A DNA stretch of 59,184 bases. It comes from Nanobdellota archaeon (GTDB taxonomy: Archaea; Nanobdellota; Nanobdellia; Parvarchaeales; Parvarchaeaceae). The notes beneath the pieces were generated by a model. That model was not told the DNA's origin. It was given only the letters and a program-made list of their open reading frames with translations, and ran no database searches. The stretch is from positions 1 to 59,184 of the forward strand of contig JAJYRE010000020.1 of assembly GCA_021794235.1 (NCBI GenBank). The letters are read 5' to 3'. Position numbers and translations under genes: made by a program. Positions 45,442 through 53,907 of the stretch are shown one piece after another (within the stretch, counting starts at the first letter, position 1; every line of letters begins with the position of its first letter).

Positions 45442-46059
45442 TTAATCTCCGACTAGCCAAGGCTTCTCTTGTCTGGACTCCTTAATATCAGCATACAGGT
45501 CCTTTGAGACAAGGTCGCCGAGCCTCCATTTTTCCCTAATCAGAGGTATGCCCCTGAAAGTTTCCCTCCAGAAGAACATCTCCGTAGTATCCTCATCTAC
45601 AAACGTCTTGATACCCTTCGAATATGAGCGCGCAGCCAGCTTGTCGACGCAGTCGCCCTGGTGGAAGCCGCCTATAACAAGCTCTTTGTGGACCGGCAGC
45701 TGATTCAGTATGAAATCGTTGTCCGCGTACAGCTCCTCGGAGACGTGCTTTCCAAAAGAAACTCCCGCGTTTAGGATCCGGTCTTCCTTTTCTATCGCTA
45801 CAAAACCAGACAATCCCTTCGTGTCCGGTTTTTCATGGTCGTTCTCATCGCTGAAAAGGACCCAGTTTATCCCGTATCCTTTGCTGCGGTACCTTGAAGT
45901 TATGATATCGTTGAGCTTGTCGACACTGTGCCCTTCTTTGTAGAAGGTTTTGCAGAAGTTAAGCATCGATTCGAAGTATTCCCTGACGGGATATAGAAAT
46001 ATATATTGTTTGCCGTTACCCGCATCGGTCTCCTCCAGGGTTTTCTCGAGTGAATTCAT
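45442..46059 (-). CDS. hypothetical protein (weak isochorismatase/cysteine-hydrolase-like C-terminal pattern)
   Basis: 205 aa. ELVIGGFHQGDCVDKLAARSYSKGIKTFVDEDTTE resembles the G..t..CV..TA.dA...G..v.vv.Da strand-helix of that fold. The N-terminal Asp motif is not evident. Confidence 0.4.
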   Translation of the reverse strand: MNSLEKTLEETDAGNGKQYIFLYPVREYFESMLNFCKTFYKEGHSVDKLNDIITSRYRSKGYGINWVLFSDENDHEKPDTKGLSGFVAIEKEDRILNAGVSFGKHVSEELYADNDFILNQLPVHKELVIGGFHQGDCVDKLAARSYSKGIKTFVDEDTTEMFFWRETFRGIPLIREKWRLGDLVSKDLYADIKESRQEKPWLVGD

Positions 46060-46227
46060 AGAAAGATATTAGACGCAAGGCGGTATTAATAGTTGTTACA
46101 GACCGTAAATACGCCCGAAATCCGTTAATGTCGGTTTTTCCAGTTTTTGTGTGCAGGACATTCAGAGCTACACCGGTTTATGCAGTGCTCCGGCAACCAT
46201 TAAATCCGCCCATTGATATCCATTATA

Positions 46228-46881
46228 ATGGAAAAACTGGATTATGGTACGGGTTATTTTACGTCCGGGTACTATAAAGAAACTGTAAACACACCCTCTG
46301 TAAAATACCCCTCTGTCTCTGAGTTTTTCGCCGAGCACGGCGTTTCAAAAGTTCTGGACTTGGGGTGCGGGGTTGGCAGGCATACGATACCGCTTGCAAG
46401 GGACGGTTTTAACGTCTTCGCACTCGATTATTCCATGATGGCCGTCAAAACTGCCAGAAGGCTGCTGAGAGAAAACTCCCTGAAGGCCAGATTCATAGTC
46501 TATGACATGGATATGGGGCTCCCGTACAAGGAGTCTTTCTTCGATGCCGTATTCGCTTCCAGGGTTGTATATCAGGCAAAAGTGAAGGTTATACAGAAGA
46601 GAATCGGGGATATTTGGAGGGTTCTGAAGGACGGCGGTTATTTCTACTGGGAGGGCCCTACTTACAAGACTCCGTATCCTTCCGCAGAAGGAGTTAAAAG
46701 AAAAACTGTAGAGGCAGGAACGACGATAAGCATAGGCGGACCTTTTTCCGGCGAATGCTACCACAGATTCAGGACAAAGAGGGAACTTGAAAGAACGCTT
46801 AAAGGATTCAGGATAGTAAGGATGGACTTCAAAGGCAAGGAGTTCAGGGTGCTCTGCCAGAAAAAAGTCAACGAAGGATAG
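46228..46881 (+). CDS. class I SAM-dependent methyltransferase
   Basis: Motif I VLDLGCGVGRH, post-I FALDYS, motif II-like FDAVFAS. I chose the ATG (MEKLDYG) rather than the TTG at 46213. Confidence 0.8.
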   Translation: MEKLDYGTGYFTSGYYKETVNTPSVKYPSVSEFFAEHGVSKVLDLGCGVGRHTIPLARDGFNVFALDYSMMAVKTARRLLRENSLKARFIVYDMDMGLPYKESFFDAVFASRVVYQAKVKVIQKRIGDIWRVLKDGGYFYWEGPTYKTPYPSAEGVKRKTVEAGTTISIGGPFSGECYHRFRTKRELERTLKGFRIVRMDFKGKEFRVLCQKKVNEG

Positions 46882-46933
46882 TCTCCATCCAGGCTGTTTT
46901 TACACTTAAGATATATTACTATAACGTAGTGGT

Positions 46934-46945
46934 AAAGTATTTATA
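46934..46945 (+). promoter_or_regulatory. BRE/TATA promoter box AAAGTATTTATA (kinase-like paralog 2)
   Basis: Exact 12-mer, 22 nt upstream of the ATG at 46967. Confidence 0.6.
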
Positions 46946-46966
46946 CTTTGAACTCTTCTTTATAGC

Positions 46967-47605
46967 ATGACAAACAGGGCGCTGGATAAAATCCTGGATA
47001 AAATGGACAGCGATGGCGTAATACACGAACATGACCTGCCACGGCATTTACGCCGGAATCACGGCTATGACAGTAAAAGCGGTTTATTCATGAAGAGGCC
47101 CAACAGTAACATCTATGGGATAACCGACATAGACATAAAGGATGAGTACAGCCTTCTCAGCAGACTCTACCGGGCTGATCCTGAGCATACTGCGCATCCG
47201 TATGCGCTCGTAGTAGGCAATTCTCCGGATGGAATCAAGCCGGTCGGCTATCTTTTGGAATGCATAACGGGCAAAATGCTTTCAAGCTACTTGAATGAAA
47301 ACAAAAACCAGAGCGATTCTATGAAGGAAGCATTGATAGATCAGATAAAGGGGGCCGTTAATGCCTACCACAGTAGGAACCTTGTTCACAATGACCTGTA
47401 TGAGAAGAATATAATGATCACACCGGACGCCGGGGTAAAGATAATAGACCCGATGCCCGTCAAAGACGGCCTTGACAAAAAAATGGAGATGGCACTGGAA
47501 AACATGGATGTCTACAAAATCTCAAAAATGATACGCGGGGAACCGATAGATACAAAGAAATTCTACAATGCAAAGAAAGAGCTTTCCAAATACATGTTCA
47601 AATGA
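46967..47605 (+). CDS. minimal protein-kinase-like protein, paralog 2
   Basis: Aligns block by block with 39423..40034: DPEHTAHPYALV, KPVGYLLECITG, HSRNLVHNDLYEKNIMIT, VKIIDP. The same promoter box sits at the same 22-nt spacing. Confidence 0.6.
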   Translation: MTNRALDKILDKMDSDGVIHEHDLPRHLRRNHGYDSKSGLFMKRPNSNIYGITDIDIKDEYSLLSRLYRADPEHTAHPYALVVGNSPDGIKPVGYLLECITGKMLSSYLNENKNQSDSMKEALIDQIKGAVNAYHSRNLVHNDLYEKNIMITPDAGVKIIDPMPVKDGLDKKMEMALENMDVYKISKMIRGEPIDTKKFYNAKKELSKYMFK

Positions 47606-47634
47606 GGCAGTCGCTCAATTTTCGGTCATACAAT

Positions 47635-47647
47635 AAAGGTATTTATA
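47635..47647 (+). promoter_or_regulatory. BRE/TATA promoter box AAAGGTATTTATA (upstream of the DUF218 gene)
   Basis: One-base-insertion variant of the same box, located in the 47606..47777 spacer. Confidence 0.5.
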
Positions 47648-47777
47648 TTCATTACATTCAAGTAAATATAATAGTTTATTATAATGAGGATTGAATATGA
47701 AAACGAATCTGGAAGAAAAACTGGAAAAATCAGAAAATAGTCTATCCACCGTCAATTCGACCAAGAGGCAGGAATAA

Positions 47778-48362
47778 ATGGGAACTCACCTTTTAGGGCC
47801 GGGAGACGAGGATATATGCTGCCATCCGACTTTTGACCCGAAATACGGCTACGGATCGATACCGAACGGAAATGAGAGCTATAGAAGGGCGATCGTCGTC
47901 CTTGGCGGGCCGAACCAGGATAAAAGACTTGAGAAGGCGTTGTCAGAGTACAGAAACGATTCATCCGCAGCACTGGTGATATCCGGCTTCGGCAAGGACT
48001 TTGTTAAGAAGAAAGAGTATGCAGCCGAGGGAAAGAATCTTGACAGCATCCTAAACGAGAACGACTCCGTCAATACGGAAGAGAATGCAAGAAACTCCAT
48101 TTATCAGATAAAGGAGAATCTACCAGATGTCAAGGAGATAACAGTAGTAAGCGATTACACGCACCAGCCCAGGGCTGAGATGCTGTTCAAGAAATATTCG
48201 AATGACGAGTACAGCATAGGATTCTCCGGGATAAAGACGGAAAACAAGCTGCACAGGGTTGTATACGAGCTGGGCGCATTTCCGCTGTCGGTGATGCCTT
48301 ACAATGTACATAGAAGACTCACAACTGTTCTGAGAAACGTCCTTTACGGAAGCAAAGAGTGA
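47778..48362 (+). CDS. DUF218 (YdcF/SanA-like) domain protein
   Basis: RAIVVLGGPN...ALVISGFG...NTEENARNS...ITVVSDYTHQPRAEMLF follows the DUF218 pattern (vvLGg / ivSGg / T.eNa / vTs.yH.pRa). Confidence 0.65.
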   Translation: MGTHLLGPGDEDICCHPTFDPKYGYGSIPNGNESYRRAIVVLGGPNQDKRLEKALSEYRNDSSAALVISGFGKDFVKKKEYAAEGKNLDSILNENDSVNTEENARNSIYQIKENLPDVKEITVVSDYTHQPRAEMLFKKYSNDEYSIGFSGIKTENKLHRVVYELGAFPLSVMPYNVHRRLTTVLRNVLYGSKE

Positions 48363-48392
48363 ACCGATAGCGGATTCTACTCTGGAAAATCG

Positions 48393-48398
48393 TTTTTT
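48393..48398 (+). terminator. oligo-T tract, candidate archaeal terminator of the DUF218 gene
   Basis: T6 run about 30 nt after the stop at 48362, embedded in a region that can form nested stems. Confidence 0.3.
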
Positions 48399-48579
48399 AG
48401 CATAAGCCGTATAAGAGTGCGTTTCTTTCCAGGAAGTACGATCCATCCCGGTATCGGCTTCGCCGGTTATTACCGATGTTATATATAAATATAACTTCGG
48501 TAAAAAAGCTCATAGATAATGTGATTTACGAATATTACAAAAATAATATGAAAGAGATATGCGCTTACTAGTATAAAGT

Positions 48580-48592
48580 AAAGGTATTTATT
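48580..48592 (+). promoter_or_regulatory. BRE/TATA promoter box AAAGGTATTTATT (upstream of 48614 gene)
   Basis: Same box variant, 22 nt upstream of the ATG at 48614. Confidence 0.5.
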
Positions 48593-48613
48593 AGTTATGT
48601 GGCAAAAATCATA

Positions 48614-49690
48614 ATGCGGAATAGAAATTTTGCAGCCGTCTATGTGCTGATTTTCATCATAGCTTTTCTACTGCTTTATTTTGTTGGTACGATAGAGGCC
48701 ATAGTCTTTTTTATAATCCTTCTCCCACTAGCCAGATACTATTCCAACAGAAATAGCCCCAAATACGCCGGAGAAACCGCCGGCACTGTTGTCAAGCAGT
48801 CCATGAAGAACCTGGCTATATTGTTGGGGATAGTTTTCGGAGCGGTTATAATTGTTACGGTTGCGTTGTATGCCATCGGTGTTTTCTCGCCTTCCGGTAC
48901 TACCGCATCATCTCAGAATACAATACCGCCGGGTACAAACATCGTTTTTGTTCCTGAGTATAGTTTAGATGGATTTAACAGCAATTTTACTGTAGGCTCC
49001 CCGATATGTAATTCCACAGGACTTTATTTTACCCTGTACAGCTACTACGCTGAGAACTATACTCTAATTTCTGCCGTGATAAACAACCAAACAGGCTTGT
49101 CTTCTACGGGTGCGTATAAATTCAACACTACTGCTTTGAATCCCGGCACCTATCCGGAACTTGCTTTTTTGGGTGCGACCTGCGCGAATAAAAGCGGTAA
49201 TTATACGGTTAACATAACAATCAATTATAGGCCGACCAATATATCTGGAAATGAGAGTCTGCACACGTCGGGCGAAGTGAGTGTTTATTACACTCGCATG
49301 ATGATGGTTGCCAGTGGTAGTATCGAGGGATTTGATACACCGCGCCAGTACAGCCTGGGGCCGAACCACCCCGGTGTTTGCAACGCAACAGGACTTTACA
49401 TTAATATAGGCTATGCCCCCCAGGCGAACAATAACAACAACATAACACTTCTATCCGCTGAGATAACAAACCAAACAGGGCTCACTTCATCAGGACATTA
49501 TGAATTTATACCCTCTGTAATCCGGAGTGGTAACGGTGCCAGACTGAATTTCCTGGGGGCCGACTGCTTCGGCAAGTACCCTAATTACACCGCGGATATA
49601 TCAATAAATTACACATACACCAACTCATCCGGTATTTTACAGATAAACGGCACGATGATTTTATCACACTCTCTCGCACCGTTAATCTAG
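48614..49690 (+). CDS. membrane-anchored extracellular protein with internally duplicated Cys-pair domain
   Basis: I chose the ATG at 48614 (MRNRNF), 22 nt after the promoter box; the track's GTG at 48599 is also possible. Three TM spans, then two homologous ~110-aa units: CNSTGLYFTLY...LAFLGATCANKSGNYTVNITINY and CNATGLYINIGY...LNFLGADCFGKYPNYTADISINY. Confidence 0.55.
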   Translation: MRNRNFAAVYVLIFIIAFLLLYFVGTIEAIVFFIILLPLARYYSNRNSPKYAGETAGTVVKQSMKNLAILLGIVFGAVIIVTVALYAIGVFSPSGTTASSQNTIPPGTNIVFVPEYSLDGFNSNFTVGSPICNSTGLYFTLYSYYAENYTLISAVINNQTGLSSTGAYKFNTTALNPGTYPELAFLGATCANKSGNYTVNITINYRPTNISGNESLHTSGEVSVYYTRMMMVASGSIEGFDTPRQYSLGPNHPGVCNATGLYINIGYAPQANNNNNITLLSAEITNQTGLTSSGHYEFIPSVIRSGNGARLNFLGADCFGKYPNYTADISINYTYTNSSGILQINGTMILSHSLAPLI

Positions 49691-49767
49691 TGGTATTCGT
49701 AATAATGTGGTAAACATAGTATATGTATACTGAAAAACGATGCATTTTAATATTCTATACATATTAA

Positions 49768-50754
49768 ATGAATATGTTTGAAAGAGCCAGGAACGGGTGG
49801 AGACTCGCTGCGCAGATAAGACGGATAATAATGTCCGACAAAAAGCTCTTCATATACCCGATTCTCATAGCACTTATAACACTGGTCGAGTTCGTAATCA
49901 TATTCGCCTCCGTTACGCTTATACCGGCCGGAGGAAACATAAACGTGGCCATCGGCAATATAAACGCCATGTCATCTACCAATTCTACCCTGGCTCCGGC
50001 CCAGTCGGGTTCGTCCACAGGAGCACCGTCCCAGACGTCCTCCGCTGAACTTACTACGGAGGGTTTTCTGGTGCTTGGTCTTTTCATATTTTATCTCATA
50101 TCCACGTTCACGACAATGTACCTTGTCATTGCTCTTCTGATATCCTTCAGGAGCTACATGAACGACAGGGACAAGATATCATTCGGTTCCGCCCTTAAAG
50201 CCACCAGACCGTACCTAAAGCAGATACTGGAATGGGCAGTATTCTACGCCATAGTCCTGCTTCTGATAAGGGTGCTGGAAGCCAGATTCAGGGGCATAGG
50301 AAGGCTGATAGTCGCCGGAATAGGCTCGTTCACCCTTGCTCTTGCTTCATTCTTTGCCGCGCAGATAATACTGGAGAAGAAGACCGGGCCTATAGCCACG
50401 GTCAAAGCGAGTTTCGATACGATAATACACCATTTCGGGGCGACTTTCGGCGGAGTGGCCTATTCCGATCTCTACGGGTTAATGTTTGCTGTCATTGGAA
50501 TCCTTGTGATAATAAGCGGGGTCGTTGCCTTCGCAGTGACCGGCAGCTTTATCACGCTTGCCATACCGGTCCTGGGGTTCGTGCTTCTTGTCTTCGGTAT
50601 CGTGATATCCTTCATGACGCTCTCTGTCTTCAAGCTCATCCTCTACGATTATACTAGTACAGGTTCCCTTCCGGACGGCTTCGACAAGAACATGGTTAAT
50701 ATGGCTATCAAGCAGAAAAAAGTGCGGAACAAGCAGATACAGGGCGAGTTATAG
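49768..50754 (+). CDS. polytopic membrane protein, unknown function
   Basis: 328 aa with about 6 TM spans. No family recognised. Confidence 0.6.
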   Translation: MNMFERARNGWRLAAQIRRIIMSDKKLFIYPILIALITLVEFVIIFASVTLIPAGGNINVAIGNINAMSSTNSTLAPAQSGSSTGAPSQTSSAELTTEGFLVLGLFIFYLISTFTTMYLVIALLISFRSYMNDRDKISFGSALKATRPYLKQILEWAVFYAIVLLLIRVLEARFRGIGRLIVAGIGSFTLALASFFAAQIILEKKTGPIATVKASFDTIIHHFGATFGGVAYSDLYGLMFAVIGILVIISGVVAFAVTGSFITLAIPVLGFVLLVFGIVISFMTLSVFKLILYDYTSTGSLPDGFDKNMVNMAIKQKKVRNKQIQGEL

Positions 50755-50839
50755 AAGATATTCTATAGACTAGATTTATTAAACTTTCTTATCAGTAATA
50801 TACCAAAAGGTATATATGTTATAAGTAACTTATAATGTT

Positions 50840-50971
50840 ATGTCCCAAATTAAAATAACCGGATTTAAATGTGAACGCTGTGCCCATAAATGGGTACCGA
50901 ATGATGCAAATATACGGCCAGTTGTATGTCCGAAATGCAAGTCTCCTTATTGGAGCAAACCTAAGAGATAA
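50840..50971 (+). CDS. 43-aa zinc-ribbon protein
   Basis: Not in the ORF track (too short). My translation is MSQIKITGFKCERCAHKWVPNDANIRPVVCPKCKSPYWSKPKR, with CxxC...CxxC spacing typical of a zinc ribbon. Its stop lies 2 nt before the Dam-like MTase ATG, and A/T-rich promoter-like sequence lies upstream. Confidence 0.5.
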   Translation: MSQIKITGFKCERCAHKWVPNDANIRPVVCPKCKSPYWSKPKR

Positions 50972-50973
50972 AT

Positions 50974-51828
50974 ATGAGGATAGAAATACCTACACTAGTA
51001 AAATGGGCAGGAGGGAAGAAGCAGCTACTTAACCAGTTTGATAAATTTTTCCCAAAAAAAATAGATAGATATATCGAACCGTTTCTTGGCGGCGGTGCAG
51101 TGGCATTCTACATAATAAAACGTTTCCATCCAAAAAATGTATTCTTATCCGATATAAATGAGGAACTGGTGAATGCGTATAAAGCAGTCCAACTTAATGT
51201 TCCTGAACTCATAGAAGCTTTGTCTTTATTAGCAAAAAAACACAGCAAAGAGTTCTATTATAAAATAAGGGCACAGGATCCACAAAAATTATCTGATGTA
51301 GATAGAGCTGCTAGACTTATCTATCTTAACAAAACTTGTTTCAACGGTCTTTATCGCGTTAATTCGGAGGGTAAGTTTAATGTACCTATTGGTGAGCACA
51401 AACATTTGCAGATAGTAGACACGAAAGATTTAATGGAGATAAATCATCTCCTAAAACATGCAATTATAAAAACTATGCCATTTGAGAAGGTATTAGACTT
51501 TGCTAAAAAGGGAGATTTTATTTATCTCGATCCTCCATATTATCCTTTGAAAGAAGGTAAAAGCTTTACTAAATACCACAAGGGAGACTTTTCAAAGATT
51601 GACCAGGAGAGACTAAAAAGTATATTTGACAAATTGACTAAACGCGGTTGCAAAGCTATGTTAAGTAATAGCGACGCTCCTTTTATTCGTGATTTGTACA
51701 AAGAGTACTCCATACAGATAGTACAAGCAAGAAGAATGATTAACTGTGATGCAACTAAACGTGGCAAAATAAATGAAGTTGTTGTAACAAACTATAAGCC
51801 AATCTATCAAAAAACACTCATCGATTAA
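50974..51828 (+). CDS. Dam-family (D12 class, alpha) N6-adenine DNA methyltransferase
   Basis: VKWAGGKKQLL, SAM motif EPFLGGGAV, NKTCFNGLYRVN, and catalytic IYLDPPY near the C-terminal third. Confidence 0.9.
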   Translation: MRIEIPTLVKWAGGKKQLLNQFDKFFPKKIDRYIEPFLGGGAVAFYIIKRFHPKNVFLSDINEELVNAYKAVQLNVPELIEALSLLAKKHSKEFYYKIRAQDPQKLSDVDRAARLIYLNKTCFNGLYRVNSEGKFNVPIGEHKHLQIVDTKDLMEINHLLKHAIIKTMPFEKVLDFAKKGDFIYLDPPYYPLKEGKSFTKYHKGDFSKIDQERLKSIFDKLTKRGCKAMLSNSDAPFIRDLYKEYSIQIVQARRMINCDATKRGKINEVVVTNYKPIYQKTLID

Positions 51829-52358
51829 CGACCATTATGTGTAGCGCTAGATACTATTGGAAAGATATCTTCCTTATTGTATAGTGCATTTAAGACTCCT
51901 TTGAACATAAACGCACCCTGATATCCATTTTTCTCTTCCATTGTCAATAACTCCATAACAGTCGCAAGAAATTCTACAGAATATTGACCATATGCATTTA
52001 ACTTTTTAAACCTCTTTAATTTCTTTTTAGTGGCAAAATGCAGTCTACATTCCCGCTGTTCTCTCTTGTTTCTAAAGGGTTTTATCTTATCATATGAATC
52101 TAGCAGGTATTTTATGAATTCTAGAGTAAGTTTTTTATTATGTTCCTTTTTTAACAGTAAATCTATAACCCAATGAATGTGTTTAGGGGTCCTAACCACA
52201 AAATCTCTTGTATTTCTATCCCTATACTTAATAACTATGTCTAGAGCCGGATTCTTACCACGATCGCCTTGAAAAATGCCGATTACCTCACCCTGTGCTA
52301 AATGAAACTCTTTGAAAGCGGAAATACGGGGTCTTCCTTTTGGCTTCCATTCCATCAA
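51825..52358 (-). CDS. hypothetical protein; candidate cognate restriction endonuclease of the Dam-like MTase
   Basis: 177-aa ORF convergent with the MTase, with 3' ends overlapping by 4 nt. It has the same low G+C as the MTase. I could identify no nuclease motif, so the functional call is purely positional. Confidence 0.35.
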   Translation of the reverse strand: MMEWKPKGRPRISAFKEFHLAQGEVIGIFQGDRGKNPALDIVIKYRDRNTRDFVVRTPKHIHWVIDLLLKKEHNKKLTLEFIKYLLDSYDKIKPFRNKREQRECRLHFATKKKLKRFKKLNAYGQYSVEFLATVMELLTMEEKNGYQGAFMFKGVLNALYNKEDIFPIVSSATHNGR

Positions 52359-52496
52359 AATAAATGGTATTTTAACTTTTAATATGCATAATTAGTAAAT
52401 AAGCTATTAAAATAGATACACTAACTTTTTGTTGGTATTGGTATCATTATTCAATCGTTCAAAAAAGCTTAAATTCTTCGATTTTATCATCATAAA

Positions 52497-53537
52497 ATGG
52501 GTGCAAATGGGGGTATTATAGGCATAGACTTTTTTTGCGGCGCTGGTGGATTAACACACGGACTATCAAAAGCTGGCATAGATGTAGTAAAAGGAATTGA
52601 TATAGATTCAACAGTAAAGGATACATATATAGGAAATAATCCTTGGGCGATATTCTTAAATAAGGATATAAGAAATCTTTCATCTGAGGAAGTTATGGGA
52701 GGTGTTGATATAGGGCAGAAAAAGCTCTTACTTGCAGGATGCGCACCTTGCCAGCCCTTTTCCTCGCAAAACAGATCTAATGGAAGAAATACGGATCAAA
52801 GACGATCGTTAATGATGGAATTTGCAAGATTTGTTAAACAATTAAAACCAGAATATATACTTGTTGAGAATGTACCTGGTTTTTCAAGAGATAGAAATCA
52901 TGAATCGTTTATAAGGACTATAAAAGAGCTCGGATACAAATTTGATGAAAATATCCTAAATGCTGCTGATTATGGAGTACCGCAGAAAAGACGCCGTTAC
53001 GTTATGCTTGCTTCAAAAACTATTGATATTAAACTACCAGATCCAGAATATGGATTTGGGGGGAAAAAATATCGTACCGTTAAAGATGCTATAGGAAAAT
53101 TTCCAAAAATTAATGCCGGCGAAACATCGATGAAATTAAAAAATCACACTGCAAGAAAACTTTCGAAAATAAACCTTGACAGGATAAGTAAGGTACCAAG
53201 AAATGGTGGGTCCAGAAATTCCTTTCCAAACCGACTAATATTAAAATGCCATGAAAGTCATTCAGGTCATTCGGATGTATATGGCAGGATGAGTTGGGAT
53301 AAACCAGCTCCTACATTAACATGTAAGTGCACGTGTCTTACAAATGGAAGATTCGGGCATCCAGAACAAAATAGGGCCATATCATTAAGAGAAGCTGCTG
53401 CGCTTCAAACATTTCCAGAGAGGTATATTTTCTACGGCAATATTAGCAATATAACTAAGCATATAGGAAACTCAGTACCAGTATTATTTGCGGAGAAATT
53501 AGGGTCGTATATAATAAAAACAGAAAATGGTAGATAA
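52497..53537 (+). CDS. dcm: DNA (cytosine-5)-methyltransferase
   Basis: Motif I IDFFCGAGGLTHG, motif IV GCAPCQPFS, motif VI ENVPGF, motif VIII QKRRRYVMLA, motif IX REAAALQTFP, motif X GNSVP. Confidence 0.92.
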   Translation: MGANGGIIGIDFFCGAGGLTHGLSKAGIDVVKGIDIDSTVKDTYIGNNPWAIFLNKDIRNLSSEEVMGGVDIGQKKLLLAGCAPCQPFSSQNRSNGRNTDQRRSLMMEFARFVKQLKPEYILVENVPGFSRDRNHESFIRTIKELGYKFDENILNAADYGVPQKRRRYVMLASKTIDIKLPDPEYGFGGKKYRTVKDAIGKFPKINAGETSMKLKNHTARKLSKINLDRISKVPRNGGSRNSFPNRLILKCHESHSGHSDVYGRMSWDKPAPTLTCKCTCLTNGRFGHPEQNRAISLREAAALQTFPERYIFYGNISNITKHIGNSVPVLFAEKLGSYIIKTENGR

Positions 53538-53892
53538 ACTAACTAAATCACAAAGAAGTTATAATATGTCCAGAATCAGATCCAGGGACACCTCAATTGA
53601 GGTTAAACTAAAACCGCTGATGAAAAGTCTAGGTTTTACTTACCATACAACAATATATGGTCACCCAGATTTCGCTAATAAAAAGCAAAAAATAGCCGTT
53701 TTTGTAGATGGATGTTTCTGGCACGGATGCAAAAAACATTACAAAACGCCAAAAAGCAATGTGACATTCTGGAAGACAAAGATAGCTGCAAATATTAAGA
53801 GGGACAGAATAGTAAATAATCGTCTTAAAAAAGAGGGGTGGCGCGTTATTCGGGTATGGGAACACAAAATCCGTAGTAATTTAAATAAATAG
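53527..53892 (+). CDS. vsr: very short patch repair endonuclease
   Basis: SQRSYNMSRIRSRDTSIEVKL, GHPDFANKKQKIAVFVDGCFWHGC, and GWRVIRVWEH. Overlaps dcm by 11 nt. Confidence 0.9.
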   Translation: MVDKLTKSQRSYNMSRIRSRDTSIEVKLKPLMKSLGFTYHTTIYGHPDFANKKQKIAVFVDGCFWHGCKKHYKTPKSNVTFWKTKIAANIKRDRIVNNRLKKEGWRVIRVWEHKIRSNLNK

Positions 53893-53907
53893 CTGCTATA
53901 GATTAAA

